NCBI GenBank assembly: GCA_039190745.1
Contig: JBCCXZ010000013.1
Coordinates: 8,863 to 72,862, forward strand
DNA from: Planctomycetota bacterium
GTDB lineage: Bacteria; Planctomycetota; Planctomycetia; Pirellulales; Lacipirellulaceae
Direction: 5' to 3'
DNA length: 64,000 nt
Positions within the stretch are counted from its first letter, which is position 1. The number at the start of each line of letters is the position of its first letter. Under the pieces are notes generated by a model that worked only from the letters and a program-made list of their open reading frames with translations, was not told the DNA's origin and did not search any database. This document shows positions 1 through 10,629 of this stretch, one piece after another. Position numbers and translations under genes: made by a program.

Positions 1-186
1 TTCGTCTCGCTCCGCTGGGCCTTTGGCTTGTTTGGGGTCGCCGTCCTGACATGGATGTCCTGGGAAACGTTGAAGGTGCCCAACACGCAGAGCGCCACCG
101 GAATCCTCTATGTAGCGGTCATCGGCACGTTTGTGGGCGAGACCATGTCGATCCTGCTCTCCGCCGAATCGCTCTTCCCGCTATGA
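1..186 (+). CDS. 3' end of an integral membrane protein (partial)
   Basis: Frame 1 is open from the window edge: FVSLRWAFGLFGVAVLTWMSWETLKVPNTQSATGILYVAVIGTFVGETMSILLSAESLFPL, then TGA; two hydrophobic helices. Confidence 0.75.
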   Translation, partial: FVSLRWAFGLFGVAVLTWMSWETLKVPNTQSATGILYVAVIGTFVGETMSILLSAESLFPL

Positions 187-251
187 GCCAGCGCTTATAA
201 TGCCGGTTCGGCAACGTGCCCCTGCGAACGTCGCCCCTTCCGAAAGCCACG

Positions 252-728
252 ATGAACATCACCTTCGCTTGCCCGCAGTGCGGCTCCGCCCAGCGGCAAC
301 ACCTAGAGAACGACGCGAGCAGCCTGCCGTGCCCGGCGTGCGACCACACGATTGCCATCCCTGCCGGGGCGATCGAGGGTAACCAGGTCCGCCGTTGCCT
401 CGTTTGTCCCAGCACCGACCTCTTCGTCCGGAAGGACTTCCCCCAACGCGTCGGCGTGGGCCTGGTCGTTATAGGCATCGTTGGCAGCTCCATCGCCTGG
501 TACTACTCAAACCTGCTCTGGACCTTCGGCATCCTCTTCGCAACGGCGTTGATCGACGTGCTGCTATACGCCTTTGTCGGCAACGCACTGATGTGCTACC
601 GCTGCGGGGCGATGTACCGCGGCGCCGACGAGATTGACGTCCACGGCCAGTTCGACCTCGAGACGCACGAGAAGCACCGCCAGATCGAAGCCAGGTTGCG
701 TTCCACTAAGCCAAGCGGAGCCGTCTGA
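252..728 (+). CDS. Zn-ribbon membrane protein
   Basis: Four CxxC pairs (CPQC, CPAC, CLVC, CYRC) with two TM segments between the 3rd and 4th; ATG at 252 preferred over 216. Confidence 0.75.
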   Translation: MNITFACPQCGSAQRQHLENDASSLPCPACDHTIAIPAGAIEGNQVRRCLVCPSTDLFVRKDFPQRVGVGLVVIGIVGSSIAWYYSNLLWTFGILFATALIDVLLYAFVGNALMCYRCGAMYRGADEIDVHGQFDLETHEKHRQIEARLRSTKPSGAV

Positions 729-788
729 CTCCGCAGGCAGCAAACTCCTGCATGCTCTACCGCCCAAACAGCAAACGCCGACTGAAGC

Positions 789-3764
789 ATGGACGCTGAG
801 AGGAAACGCATACAGGAAGACCTCCGCGGCGTCCTCAAGGGCGAGGTCCGTTGCGACGACCTTTTCGTCCAGCTATACGCCACCGATGCCAGCATCTACC
901 AGCTCCGGCCACTCGGGGTCGTCCGTCCAAGGAACGACGACGACGTAATCGCTACGATACGCTACGCCGCCGCCAACGGCATCCCTGTCCACGCGCGTGG
1001 AGCAGGCTCCGGGCTCGCCGGCGGCGCACTCGGCGGCGGTCTTGTGATCGACTTCTCTCGTCACATGCGGCGCATACTCGAGATCAACGACGACACGGTC
1101 CGCGTGCAGTCTGGCGTTGGTCTAGCAGAACTCAACCGCCAACTCGGCCGCGTCGGCCGTGTCTTCGGAGTCGACCCCGCCAACCGCGAGGTCTCCACGG
1201 TAGGCGGCTGTGTCGGAGTCGACGGCTCGGGCAGCCGCTGGCCCGTGTACGGCTCGATCCGTTCCCACATCCAAACAGCTTCGGTCGTGATGGCAGACGC
1301 CACGCCGGTCCGCCTCGGGCCGCAGCCGACCGGTCGCGCCGCCGAGCTTACAAGTTCGGTGCAGGGCATCCTCACGCGGCACAGCGACGCGATCGAGAAG
1401 CACACGCCCCGCACGTGCGTCAACTCCAGTGGCTACGGACTGGGAGCGCTAGCTGCGCACTCAGGCGAGCCGCTCAATCTGGCGCCGCTCCTGGCCGGCA
1501 GTGAAGGCACGCTCGCGGTCATGACCGAGGCGACCCTCCGCACGCAACGGCGCCCGGAACACGTCGGCAGCGCCTTGCTGTTCTTCGAGTCGCTCGACGG
1601 CGCCGCCCGCGCCGCGGCGCAGATCAGGGGCCTGCAGCCCAGCGCCTGCGACTTGATGGACCGCCGCCACCTCAGCCTCGCCCGCGAGATGGACCCTCGC
1701 TACGAGCTTCTGATACCGGGCGAAGCAGAGGCCGTCTTGCTTATCGAGCACCGCGGAGAAACAGAAAACCACCTGGCCGGCGCCATCGAAGACACGCTCC
1801 GGCGTTTGCGATCTGACGCATTGCTGAAGTCGGGATCGTGCGTCGCAGTCCACCCGCAAGACTACCGCTTCGTGTGGCAGCTCGCCCGCAAATTCGTCCC
1901 GACGCTCTACCGGCTCGAGGGCGCTACCCGCCCGGTACCCTTCGTCGAAGACGTTGCCGTGCCGCCTGATGCGCTGGCGGAGTTCATTCAGCGGGCGCAG
2001 GAAGTGCTCAAGCGCAACCGCGTGACCGCATCGGTGTTCGGCCACGCCAGCCATGGGCAGGTGCACATCCGGCCGTTCCTCAACGTCGACGACCAAGACG
2101 ACGTACGCTCGATGGGCCGCCTTGCCGATCAGCTCTACGAGCACGTCTGGGAACTCGGCGGCACGATCAGCGGCGAACACGGCGACGGTCTCGGCCGCAC
2201 CCCCTACGTGCCCCGCCAACACGGGCCGCTCACCGAGGCGTTCCGCAGACTGAAAACGTTGTTCGACCCGCAGGGCATCCTCAACCCCGGGAAGGTCCTG
2301 CCTCTTGCCGATACGCAGCCGACGGCCAATCTGCGTCGTGTGCGGTCATCGCTCACCGAGCACGTCGCGCTCGAAGACCGCGCGCCTGGCACGTCCGGGC
2401 CGAGCGGCCAGCCGCTGGTCGAACTACAGCTCGACTGGAGCGCAGACGAAATGGCCCACGCCGCCCGGGTGTGCAACGGCTGCGCAGCCTGCCGGACAAC
2501 CTCGTCGGATACGCGGATGTGCCCGATCTTCCGCTACTCGCCCCGTGAAGAAGCCTCGCCGCGGGCTAAGGCGAATCAAGCCCGCGCCATCCTTACCGAA
2601 GCTCTGCCGGCCGGAGCCGCCCTTGAGGAAGATTTCAAGCAGGTCGCCGACCTCTGCGTCCACTGCCACATGTGTCGGCAAGAGTGCCCCGCGAACGTCG
2701 ACATCCCCAAGCTGATGATCGAGGCCAAAGCCGCCTACCTCGCGGTCAACGGCCAGACGGTGCACGAGTGGTCGGTGACCCATATCGAGACCCTTTGCGC
2801 GTTGGCGAGCCAGTTTCACCGACTCGCGAACTGGGGCATCCGCAGCCGGCCGACGCGTTGGCTCCTTGAGAAAACTCTCGGGATCGCCCAGGGCCGCAAG
2901 CTGCCCCGCTTTGCCGGCAAGCAGTTCCTCCACCGCAGGCACGAAAGACGCAAGGACAAACGGCAGGAATCGGGACAGGACGGCGGCAAGGCAAAGGTCG
3001 TCTACTTCGTCGACACGTATGCGAACTACTGCGACACGCAGCTCGGCGACGCCCTCTTGAAAGTGCTCCGCCACAACGAAGTAGAAGTCTCGATCCCAAA
3101 ACTCCAACGGCCTGCGGGTATGCCGATGATTTCCCGCGGCCTCCTCGACCCGGCCCGCAAAGACGCCGAGCAGAACGTCGGACTGCTCGCCGAGTCGATC
3201 CGCCGCGGCTGCACTGTCGTCGCAACCGAGCCCTCCGCCGTCCTCGCCCTCACGCACGAGTACCCCATGCTGCTGCCAGACGATCCAGACGCGAAGCTGG
3301 TCGCCGAGCACGCGGTCGAGTCGTGCCACTACCTCTGGCGGATGCACCAACGCGGCAAGCTGCGGCTCGATTTCGATCCGGTGCCGCTGAAAATCGGCTA
3401 CCACCAACCCTGCCACCAGCGGGCGCTCGATGTGGGCGCCCCCGCCGAACACTTGCTTCGGCTGATCCCCATGCTCCGCGTCGAAACCCTCGACCGCGGC
3501 TGCAGCGGCATGGCCGGCCTCTACGGCATGCAGCAGGCCAACTACCGCCGCAGCCTCCGGGCCGGCCTCCCCCTGCTGGCGGCGGTCCGGAAGGGCAGCT
3601 TCAAGGCGGGCGCTACAGAATGTTCCTGTTGCAAGATCCAGATGGAACAGGGCACGCTCAAACCCACAATTCATCCGCTTAAGCTGGTCGCCTTCGCCTA
3701 TGGCTTAATGCCCGAGGTGAAGCCGCTGCTGAGTAGGCCGGGTTCGGAGCTCGTGGTAACATGA
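789..3764 (+). CDS. FAD-binding and Fe-S-binding oxidoreductase (GlcD/GlpC fusion, YdiJ-like)
   Basis: YATDASIY, ARGAGSGLAGGA FAD motif, SGEHGDG, ILNPGK, CNGCAAC and CVHCHMCRQECP ferredoxin motifs, C-terminal CCG-like domains. Confidence 0.9.
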   Translation: MDAERKRIQEDLRGVLKGEVRCDDLFVQLYATDASIYQLRPLGVVRPRNDDDVIATIRYAAANGIPVHARGAGSGLAGGALGGGLVIDFSRHMRRILEINDDTVRVQSGVGLAELNRQLGRVGRVFGVDPANREVSTVGGCVGVDGSGSRWPVYGSIRSHIQTASVVMADATPVRLGPQPTGRAAELTSSVQGILTRHSDAIEKHTPRTCVNSSGYGLGALAAHSGEPLNLAPLLAGSEGTLAVMTEATLRTQRRPEHVGSALLFFESLDGAARAAAQIRGLQPSACDLMDRRHLSLAREMDPRYELLIPGEAEAVLLIEHRGETENHLAGAIEDTLRRLRSDALLKSGSCVAVHPQDYRFVWQLARKFVPTLYRLEGATRPVPFVEDVAVPPDALAEFIQRAQEVLKRNRVTASVFGHASHGQVHIRPFLNVDDQDDVRSMGRLADQLYEHVWELGGTISGEHGDGLGRTPYVPRQHGPLTEAFRRLKTLFDPQGILNPGKVLPLADTQPTANLRRVRSSLTEHVALEDRAPGTSGPSGQPLVELQLDWSADEMAHAARVCNGCAACRTTSSDTRMCPIFRYSPREEASPRAKANQARAILTEALPAGAALEEDFKQVADLCVHCHMCRQECPANVDIPKLMIEAKAAYLAVNGQTVHEWSVTHIETLCALASQFHRLANWGIRSRPTRWLLEKTLGIAQGRKLPRFAGKQFLHRRHERRKDKRQESGQDGGKAKVVYFVDTYANYCDTQLGDALLKVLRHNEVEVSIPKLQRPAGMPMISRGLLDPARKDAEQNVGLLAESIRRGCTVVATEPSAVLALTHEYPMLLPDDPDAKLVAEHAVESCHYLWRMHQRGKLRLDFDPVPLKIGYHQPCHQRALDVGAPAEHLLRLIPMLRVETLDRGCSGMAGLYGMQQANYRRSLRAGLPLLAAVRKGSFKAGATECSCCKIQMEQGTLKPTIHPLKLVAFAYGLMPEVKPLLSRPGSELVVT

Positions 3765-4003
3765 TCACCCGAGTGCTGCTGTTTGCCGCGGCCCGAGATG
3801 CCTGCGGCGACTGGATCGAAGTCGACGCGCCAGAAGGGGTGACCGCCCGAGAGTTGGTTGCATTGTTGGCGGAGCAGTTCCCAGCGCTTGAGCCGCTCCT
3901 GCCTCACTGCCGGTTGGCAATCGGTGAGGCCTATGCGGCGGACCATGCCACGGTGCCCCCCCACAGCGAGATCGCCCTCATTCCCCCCGTCAGTGGCGGT
4001 TAA
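3761..4003 (+). CDS. moaD: Molybdopterin synthase sulfur carrier subunit
   Basis: VLLFAAARD start, IALIPPVSGG C-terminus with Gly-Gly; ATGA overlap with the upstream gene. Confidence 0.92.
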   Translation: MITRVLLFAAARDACGDWIEVDAPEGVTARELVALLAEQFPALEPLLPHCRLAIGEAYAADHATVPPHSEIALIPPVSGG

Positions 4004-4035
4004 GCAACCCCACAAACGCCCCGCCTCCCATTCCG

Positions 4036-4476
4036 ATGATCCGAGTTAGCCCCGATCCAATCGACCTTGCGGAGCTGCACAAGCAGGCAGCCGATCCGTC
4101 GACGGGCGCGGTCGTGGTATTCGTCGGGGTTACCCGCGGCGAGACAGGGGGGCGACTCACGACCCGGCTGGCCTACGAAGCCTACGAATCGATGGCCGCC
4201 CGCGAGCTGGAGAGCCTGAAGCACCAAGCTGCTCAACGCTGGCCGCTTACCGCGTGTCGGCTCGTCCACCGCGTTGGAGATGTCCCCGTAGGCGAGGCCA
4301 GCGTCGCGGTTCTCGCTGCCAGCGCTCACCGCAACGAAGCCTTCGAAGCGGCTCGCTGGCTGATCGACACGCTCAAAGAATCCGTCCCGATCTGGAAGCA
4401 GGAACACTACGCCGACGGGTCCAAGGAATGGCAACACCCTGCGCCGGTGGAAACCCTTGAGAGAGGCAGCCCATGA
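4036..4476 (+). CDS. moaE: Molybdopterin synthase catalytic subunit
   Basis: GAVVVFVGVTR, LAYEAYESMA, HRVG, SAHRNEAF, LKESVPIWKQE. Confidence 0.95.
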   Translation: MIRVSPDPIDLAELHKQAADPSTGAVVVFVGVTRGETGGRLTTRLAYEAYESMAARELESLKHQAAQRWPLTACRLVHRVGDVPVGEASVAVLAASAHRNEAFEAARWLIDTLKESVPIWKQEHYADGSKEWQHPAPVETLERGSP

Positions 4477-5477
4477 CCAAGCCTCCTCAGGAGTCCACGC
4501 TGGTAGACGGCTTTGGCCGCGTCCACACCAGCCTGCGCGTCAGCGTCACCGACCGCTGCAACCTCCGGTGCACCTACTGCATGCCCGCCGAAGCGGTCTT
4601 CCGCCCGCGAGAAGAGCTGCTCACCTTCGAAGAAATCACTCGGGTGGTCGAGATCGCCGCCGGCTACGGGGTCAGTAAGCTCCGCCTCACCGGGGGCGAG
4701 CCGCTGCTCCGAGCCGGTTTGCACAAACTCATCAGCATGCTGCGAGGCGTGCAAGCCATTGAGGAGATCGCGCTCACCACCAACGGACTCCTCTTGCCAG
4801 AGCAGGCTCGGCCGCTCGCCGACGCAGGCCTCGACCGCTTGAACGTCAGCCTGGATGCCGTCGCAGAAGAAGCCTTCCAGCAAATCAGCCGCCGCCAAGG
4901 AGTCGACCGCGTCTTCGCCGGCATCGAGGCGGCCCAACTGGCTGGCTTCAAAAAAATCCGCGTGAACGCAGTCTCGCTCCGTGGGCTCACCGAGTCTCAG
5001 GTCGTCCCGCTCATCGAATATGCTCGCTCTCTCGGTCTGCAACTCCGGTTCATCGAGTTCATGCCTCTCGACGCCGACGATGCCTGGGTAGGCTCCGACG
5101 TCCTCTCCGGCGACGAGGTAAGAACCATCGCCGAAGACGCGTTCGGACCGCTCCAACCGACGCCGGGACCCGATTCCCACCAACCGGCAAGCGACTACGT
5201 CCTCTCGGACGGGACGCTGATCGGGTTCATCGATTCGGTGACCCAGCCGTTCTGCGCAACGTGCAACAGATTGCGTCTGACCGCGGAAGGACAGTTCCGG
5301 AACTGCCTGTTCTCAACCGAGGACTGGGATGTCCGCGAACTGCTCCGCAGCGTAGGCTCCGACCAGCAGATCGCCGAGGTGCTCCGTGAGTGCGTCCGCC
5401 AGAAACGGCCTGCCCACGGCATCGGCGAGGCCGGGTTCCAGAAACCCGAGCGGGCGATGTACGAGATCGGCGGATGA
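4473..5477 (+). CDS. moaA: GTP 3',8-cyclase (radical SAM)
   Basis: LRVSVTDRCNLRCTYCMP, RLTGGEPLLR, RFIEFMP, FCATCNRLRLT...C, C-terminal IGG. Confidence 0.95.
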   Translation: MTKPPQESTLVDGFGRVHTSLRVSVTDRCNLRCTYCMPAEAVFRPREELLTFEEITRVVEIAAGYGVSKLRLTGGEPLLRAGLHKLISMLRGVQAIEEIALTTNGLLLPEQARPLADAGLDRLNVSLDAVAEEAFQQISRRQGVDRVFAGIEAAQLAGFKKIRVNAVSLRGLTESQVVPLIEYARSLGLQLRFIEFMPLDADDAWVGSDVLSGDEVRTIAEDAFGPLQPTPGPDSHQPASDYVLSDGTLIGFIDSVTQPFCATCNRLRLTAEGQFRNCLFSTEDWDVRELLRSVGSDQQIAEVLRECVRQKRPAHGIGEAGFQKPERAMYEIGG

Positions 5478-6655
5478 GCACGACCGACCGAATCTACCTC
5501 GACAACGCTGCTACCAGCTGGCCAAAGCCCGAACCAGTCTACGCCGCGGTCGAACACTACCAAAGGAATGTCGGCGCGGCAGCCGGACGCGGAGCCTACC
5601 GAGCTGGACAACAGGCCGACCGGGTCGTTGCTCACGCCCGCGCTGCCTGCGCTGAGTTGCTCGGTGTTGCAGCTTCTAACCGTGTTGTATTCACATCGAA
5701 CGGAACCGACGCACTCAATCTGGCAATCCACGGAGTGCTCCGTCCTGGCGACCACGCAATCGGCACCCACTGCGAACACAACTCGGTGCTCCGGCCCTTG
5801 GAGCACGCCCGCCTAAAACTGGGAGTTGAGGTCGATCTCGCGCCGATCAATCCTGCCGGCGGCGTCGCCGCAGGCGCAATCGCCTCTCGCATTCGGCCCG
5901 AGACGCGGCTCGTTTGTGTTACACACGGTTCAAACGTCACGGGGGCCATTCAGCCAATTGCCGAGATTGTTGCCGCGGTCCGGAAGTCGGCCGCCCCGGG
6001 AGCCTTGGTGCTGGTCGACGCCGCGCAAACAGCAGGACACCTGCCCATCGACTTCGAATCACTAGACGCCGACCTGTTGGCCACTGGGGGCCACAAGGCC
6101 CTACTCGGGCCGCTGGGCACGGGGCTGCTCTGCTTGAGCGCATCGGCGGCCGAAGCCATCCGCCCGACACGCCAAGGCGGAGCCGGCGCCGACAGCACGA
6201 TGCGCACCCAACCCACGCCTCTACCCCAGAGGCTTGAAGCGGGGAACCTCAACCTGCCGGCACTTGCCGGCTTGGCCGCGGCGGCTGACTGGCTTCTCAA
6301 AGGAGGCTCAACAGAGTCGTCCGAGAACTGCATCCGTCAAACGCGGAAGTTGATCGATGGACTGTCCGGAGTAGGCGGCGTACGACCCTTCGGGCCGGGC
6401 GTGCAGGACAACCGGCTGCCAGTTGTGGCATTCTCTGTGGAGGGCTACGATCCGCAAGAGTTCGCGGCGGCTTTGGAGACCGTTGCCCTAGTCGAGTGCC
6501 GGGCGGGCCTCCACTGCGCACCGCTGGTCCACCGCACACTGGAATCGGATACAACCGGTGGACTCGTCCGCCTGAGCCCCGGCTGGTCCACGACGGACGA
6601 ACAGATCGACCAAGTCATTGAAGCCGTCGACCAACTGGTCGCTGCTTTCCACTAG
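5474..6655 (+). CDS. Cysteine desulfurase-like class V PLP enzyme
   Basis: IYLDNAATSWPKP, LVDAAQTAG, GHK (PLP lysine), RAGLHCAP (catalytic Cys); ATG 5474 overlaps the moaA stop. Confidence 0.9.
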   Translation: MSTTDRIYLDNAATSWPKPEPVYAAVEHYQRNVGAAAGRGAYRAGQQADRVVAHARAACAELLGVAASNRVVFTSNGTDALNLAIHGVLRPGDHAIGTHCEHNSVLRPLEHARLKLGVEVDLAPINPAGGVAAGAIASRIRPETRLVCVTHGSNVTGAIQPIAEIVAAVRKSAAPGALVLVDAAQTAGHLPIDFESLDADLLATGGHKALLGPLGTGLLCLSASAAEAIRPTRQGGAGADSTMRTQPTPLPQRLEAGNLNLPALAGLAAAADWLLKGGSTESSENCIRQTRKLIDGLSGVGGVRPFGPGVQDNRLPVVAFSVEGYDPQEFAAALETVALVECRAGLHCAPLVHRTLESDTTGGLVRLSPGWSTTDEQIDQVIEAVDQLVAAFH

Positions 6656-6671
6656 AGCTAGTAGCCACACC

Positions 6672-7100
6672 ATGCCCATAGCCTCTGCCGACGAACCCTG
6701 GTACCACGAAGGCCTCAGATTTACCTGCACCGGGTGCGGTGACTGCTGCACGGGCGCCCCGGGATACGTCTGGGTCAACCAGGCAGAAATCGACGCCATG
6801 GCTACCCGCCTTGGCATTTCACCCAACGATTTCGAGTCAAGGTTCGTCCGTCGGGTCGGCATCCGTCGCAGCCTTAAGGAGCACGCCAATTACGACTGCG
6901 TCTTCCTCGACCCCGAAACTCGGAAATGCGGCGTTTACGAGCAGAGGCCCCGGCAGTGCCGCACCTGGCCGTTCTGGAAGTCCACGACCAAGACCGAGGC
7001 TGCTTGGGAAGAAACTTGCGAGGTCTGCCCGGGCTCCGGCAAGGGACGCCTCTATCAATTGGAACAGATCGAAGCCCGTGTGGGGGAAATCTCCGTCTGA
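6672..7100 (+). CDS. YkgJ-family (CxxCxxCC) cysteine cluster protein
   Basis: FTCTGCGDCC, CVFLD, CGVYEQRPRQCRTWPFW, CPG. Confidence 0.88.
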   Translation: MPIASADEPWYHEGLRFTCTGCGDCCTGAPGYVWVNQAEIDAMATRLGISPNDFESRFVRRVGIRRSLKEHANYDCVFLDPETRKCGVYEQRPRQCRTWPFWKSTTKTEAAWEETCEVCPGSGKGRLYQLEQIEARVGEISV

Positions 7101-7355
7101 GCCTCCATCGGCCCAGAATCCCTAGGAGACCCCTGCGTTAATTTGTACCGGTTAGTTCAAGTTTGTCGGTTCAGAGCGTCGATGGTTGTCGCAGGGCCGA
7201 TTCCGAGCTCCCACGCCCGCGGCCCTGCGTGATCCGTCGCTTTTTTCGCTCTTTGACAACCGAATTACCGCAAGCTGCAGTTCTGCGAAGGGCTAGCATA
7301 GGCCTCTCAACCCCGGCTTTACCCCCGGCGTGACCCAGAGGGAGTGCCCGCAATG

Positions 7356-7384
7356 TTGACTCTAATGCTTACTGTAACTACACT
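7356..7384 (+). promoter_or_regulatory. Sigma70-type promoter for the HU/IHF gene
   Basis: TTGACT, 17-bp spacer, TACACT, about 115 bp upstream of the start. Confidence 0.6.
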
Positions 7385-7499
7385 TGGAGCTATTAAGACG
7401 CTCCTGTGGCAGTCGCTGCTTTGAAGCTAACCGCTTTTTGAGCTACCCGCGCCTGCACCTGACCGGCTCCTCTGGACGACCCTCCTCATAGGGGAATTC

Positions 7500-7931
7500 G
7501 TGGTGACAAAAAAAGAGATTGTCAAAACGATTTCCGATGAAATCGGCCTGACCCAGTTGAAGACGAAGGAAATCGTCCAAAAGACATTCGATGCGATCAT
7601 CGACACGCTGGTGGAAGACCAGCGGATCGAGCTCAGGAACTTCGGCGTGTTCGAAGTGAAGCGGCGAGCCGCTCGGAAAGCCCGCAATCCGCGGACCGGC
7701 GAGAAAGTGTTCGTCCCCGAGAAGTTCGTCGTAACGTTCAAGCCTGGTAAGGAGATGGAAGAACGCGTCCGCGAGATGGAACGCAAGGCAGCCGAGGAGG
7801 CAGCCCGCGAAGCCGCCGCGACCGCCGCCCAGAACACCGGCACGCCGATGAACCACGATATGCCGAACGGGGCTCCGCCTAGTGGCGAAACATACACGCA
7901 CACAAGCACTTACGAATCGAACAACGGCTAG
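7500..7931 (+). CDS. HU/IHF family DNA-binding protein with C-terminal extension
   Basis: [43 protein letters not shown]. Confidence 0.93.
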   Translation: MVTKKEIVKTISDEIGLTQLKTKEIVQKTFDAIIDTLVEDQRIELRNFGVFEVKRRAARKARNPRTGEKVFVPEKFVVTFKPGKEMEERVREMERKAAEEAAREAAATAAQNTGTPMNHDMPNGAPPSGETYTHTSTYESNNG

Positions 7932-8185
7932 GTCGTCCGGAAGAGCAGGAACTCTTTCGCGAGGACCAGCGGGTAAGCAGGCATCTGGGCTCGGCGCACC
8001 GCCGACCCGACTGTAGGATCCGCCGGCTTTTCGACCGGCGAGCCTTCGCTAGCAAGCTTGCCAACCTATTCTGAGAACACTTTTCACTTGCGGATGGGGC
8101 CAACGCCGGCGGAGCCGGTTCGAGCCTCGGGATCGTCAGGCAGCGTCTACGGACGCCGTCGCGGCTCATGGAGGAGCTAGGAGAG

Positions 8186-8404
8186 ATGCGCAAAGGTCTA
8201 TTGGCGTTCGCGATGGCCTGCACGCTGGTGTCGAACACCGGCTGCTTGCTACCGCTGTATTCGGGCGACCCCGCCCGACGCTCGCAGCAACTGATCCACA
8301 CCTCCGAGAACCTCCGTGCGATCCTCAACGAGTGGGAGCGCATCTGGTTCTTGGATCAGCCCTCGCACCTAACGCCTCACAGCGTCCACGGCGGCGTCAT
8401 CTAG
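8186..8404 (+). CDS. Small hypothetical lipoprotein
   Basis: Signal peptide ending NTGC; AGGAG RBS before ATG 8186; SENLRAILNEWERIWFLDQPSHLTP. Confidence 0.7.
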   Translation: MRKGLLAFAMACTLVSNTGCLLPLYSGDPARRSQQLIHTSENLRAILNEWERIWFLDQPSHLTPHSVHGGVI

Positions 8405-8546
8405 CCCGGACGCTGTTTTCTGGCTGGTTTCTGAAACCTCATCTGTTTGCGCTCTCGGTGTGCGCCAACACCGGTCCGTTTGCCCTCCGCCGCCGGGCGT
8501 CTTAGATTGACGGCTTTGCCTACCCCGCCGGTGCCTCCGTCAGTAG

Positions 8547-9506
8547 TTGCCACACGCTCCACCGCCACCCGCCGCTCCGCCCGCCGTTGACCTGGCCGTC
8601 CAGTGCGGCCGGCTCCGCCTGCCCAACCCCGTGCTGGTCGCCTCGGGCACCTTCGGTTACGCGCGGGAAATGGAGAGCTTGGTCGACCTCTCCCGCTTGG
8701 GCGGAATCCTGCCCAAGACCATCACGAAGGCCCCACGCGCGGGCAACGCCCCTTGGCGTACGATCGAGACCCCGTCCGGCATGCTCAACTCGATCGGCCT
8801 CGACAACGACGGCATCGATGCGTTCGTTGAGCACCACCTGCCCTATCTGAGCGGCCTGGGCACGCCGGTCGTCGTTAGCATCGCGGGACGGAATCACGAA
8901 GAATTTGTTGCGATGACTGCGCAGCTCTCCGACTGCGTGGCGGACGCCGGGCTGCGGATCGACGCGGTGGAGCTGAACATCTCCTGCCCCAACGTCACCG
9001 GCGGGGTCGACTTCGGCACCGCCCCCGACAGCTGCGAGCGGCTGGTCGCGGCCTGCCGAGCCGCGGGCGAAGTACCGGTCATCGCCAAGCTGACGCCGAA
9101 CGTCACGAGTGTGGTCGACATCGCCAAGGCCGCGGAGGCCGGCGGGGCAGATGCGCTTTCGTTGATCAACACCTGCCAAGGCATGGCTGTCGACTGGCGT
9201 GGACGCAAGCCGATGCTGGGCAACGTCATCGGCGGGCTGAGCGGCCCGGCCATCAAACCGATTGCCCTCCGCTGCGTTTGGCAGGTCTCGCAGGCGGTCC
9301 GCACGCCGCTGATCGGCATCGGCGGCATCGCCTCGATCGACGACGTGATGGAGTTTCTCGTCGCCGGCGCCTCGGCGGTTCAACTTGGCACGGTCAACTT
9401 CTACAATCCGACTGCCTCGATGCAGGTGATCGATGCGCTGCCTTCCGCTGTGCAAGAACTGGGCGCCAGCCGAGTGCGAGACGTGGTCGGCACGCTGAGC
9501 ATCTGA
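8547..9506 (+). CDS. pyrD: Dihydroorotate dehydrogenase, family 1 catalytic subunit
   Basis: [44 protein letters not shown]; start approximate. Confidence 0.93.
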   Translation: MPHAPPPPAAPPAVDLAVQCGRLRLPNPVLVASGTFGYAREMESLVDLSRLGGILPKTITKAPRAGNAPWRTIETPSGMLNSIGLDNDGIDAFVEHHLPYLSGLGTPVVVSIAGRNHEEFVAMTAQLSDCVADAGLRIDAVELNISCPNVTGGVDFGTAPDSCERLVAACRAAGEVPVIAKLTPNVTSVVDIAKAAEAGGADALSLINTCQGMAVDWRGRKPMLGNVIGGLSGPAIKPIALRCVWQVSQAVRTPLIGIGGIASIDDVMEFLVAGASAVQLGTVNFYNPTASMQVIDALPSAVQELGASRVRDVVGTLSI

Positions 9507-9569
9507 GAATTTAGATTGAAGATTGTAGATCGGCCTGCACCCCATCATTGCTCTCACACAACGGCACAC

Positions 9570-10553
9570 ATGAAGGTTCTCTCCGGCATCCAACCGACCG
9601 GCCCGTTCCATTGGGGCAACTACTTCGGCGCCATCCGGCAGTACATCGCTCTGCAGGAGGCCGAGCAGGCGTACTACTTCATCGCCAACCTGCACGCGCT
9701 GACCACGGTGCGGGAGCGGGAACTGCTGGAGCAGTACACCTTCGATGCGGCGATCGATCTGCTGGCGTTGGGTCTCGACCCCGAGCAGGCGGTCATGTTC
9801 GTGCAGTCGGACGTGCCCGAGGTGAGCGAACTCTGCTGGATCCTGATGACCGGCACCCCGATGGGTTTGCTGGAGCGGTGCCACGCCTACAAGGACAAGA
9901 AGGCGAAGGGCCTGGCGGCGGACGCGGGGTTGTTCGCTTACCCGGTGCTGCAGGCGGCGGACATCCTGGCGTTCAGCAGCGACACCGTGCCGGTGGGCGA
10001 GGATCAGGTGCAGCACATCGAGGTCTGCCGCGATATCGCGGGGAGCTTCAATCATAAGTTTGGCGACGTGTTTGTTCTTCCGAAGGCCAAGGTGTTGGAC
10101 GGGTCGGCCCGCGTGCCGGGGCTGGACGGGGAGAAGATGAGCAAGAGTTACAACAACTGGTTGGCTGTGTTCGAGCACGCCAACAAACAGAAGAAGCAGA
10201 TCATGCGGATCGCGACCGACTCGCGACCGATGGACGAGCCGAAGGAGCCGGAGGGCGACATCCTTTATCAGCTGTTCTCGCTGGTGGCGCCGGAGGCGGA
10301 CGTTACGGAAATGGCGGCGTTGTACCGTATGGGCGGGTTTGGGTACGGCGACATCAAGAAGCGGCTGGCCGCGGCGGCGGAGGCTTATTTTGCTGAGGCT
10401 CGCGGGAGGCGGGCCGATTGGGAATCGCGTCCCGACGACGTGCGCGACATCCTGAAGCGGGGCTCTGCGGCGGCACGCGAGAAGGCGAGCGGGGTTTTGG
10501 ATCGTGCTCAAGAGGCGTGCGGCTTGGTGGGGCATCTGGGATCTAAGATCTGA
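9570..10553 (+). CDS. trpS: Tryptophan--tRNA ligase
   Basis: [13 protein letters not shown] (HIGH equivalent), [22 protein letters not shown]. Confidence 0.96.
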   Translation: MKVLSGIQPTGPFHWGNYFGAIRQYIALQEAEQAYYFIANLHALTTVRERELLEQYTFDAAIDLLALGLDPEQAVMFVQSDVPEVSELCWILMTGTPMGLLERCHAYKDKKAKGLAADAGLFAYPVLQAADILAFSSDTVPVGEDQVQHIEVCRDIAGSFNHKFGDVFVLPKAKVLDGSARVPGLDGEKMSKSYNNWLAVFEHANKQKKQIMRIATDSRPMDEPKEPEGDILYQLFSLVAPEADVTEMAALYRMGGFGYGDIKKRLAAAAEAYFAEARGRRADWESRPDDVRDILKRGSAAAREKASGVLDRAQEACGLVGHLGSKI

Positions 10554-10629
10554 GATGTAAGATTGAAGATGTGTGGGATGGCTTAGCCATCGTTTTTTCT
10601 GATCAGCGATCTGCAATCTTCGGTCTGCA

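Noticed and set aside
7101..7499. tRNA or other known ncRNA in this and other long intergenic gaps
   Set aside because: No cloverleaf, T-loop/CCA or recognisable Rfam signature seen; better explained as promoter regions
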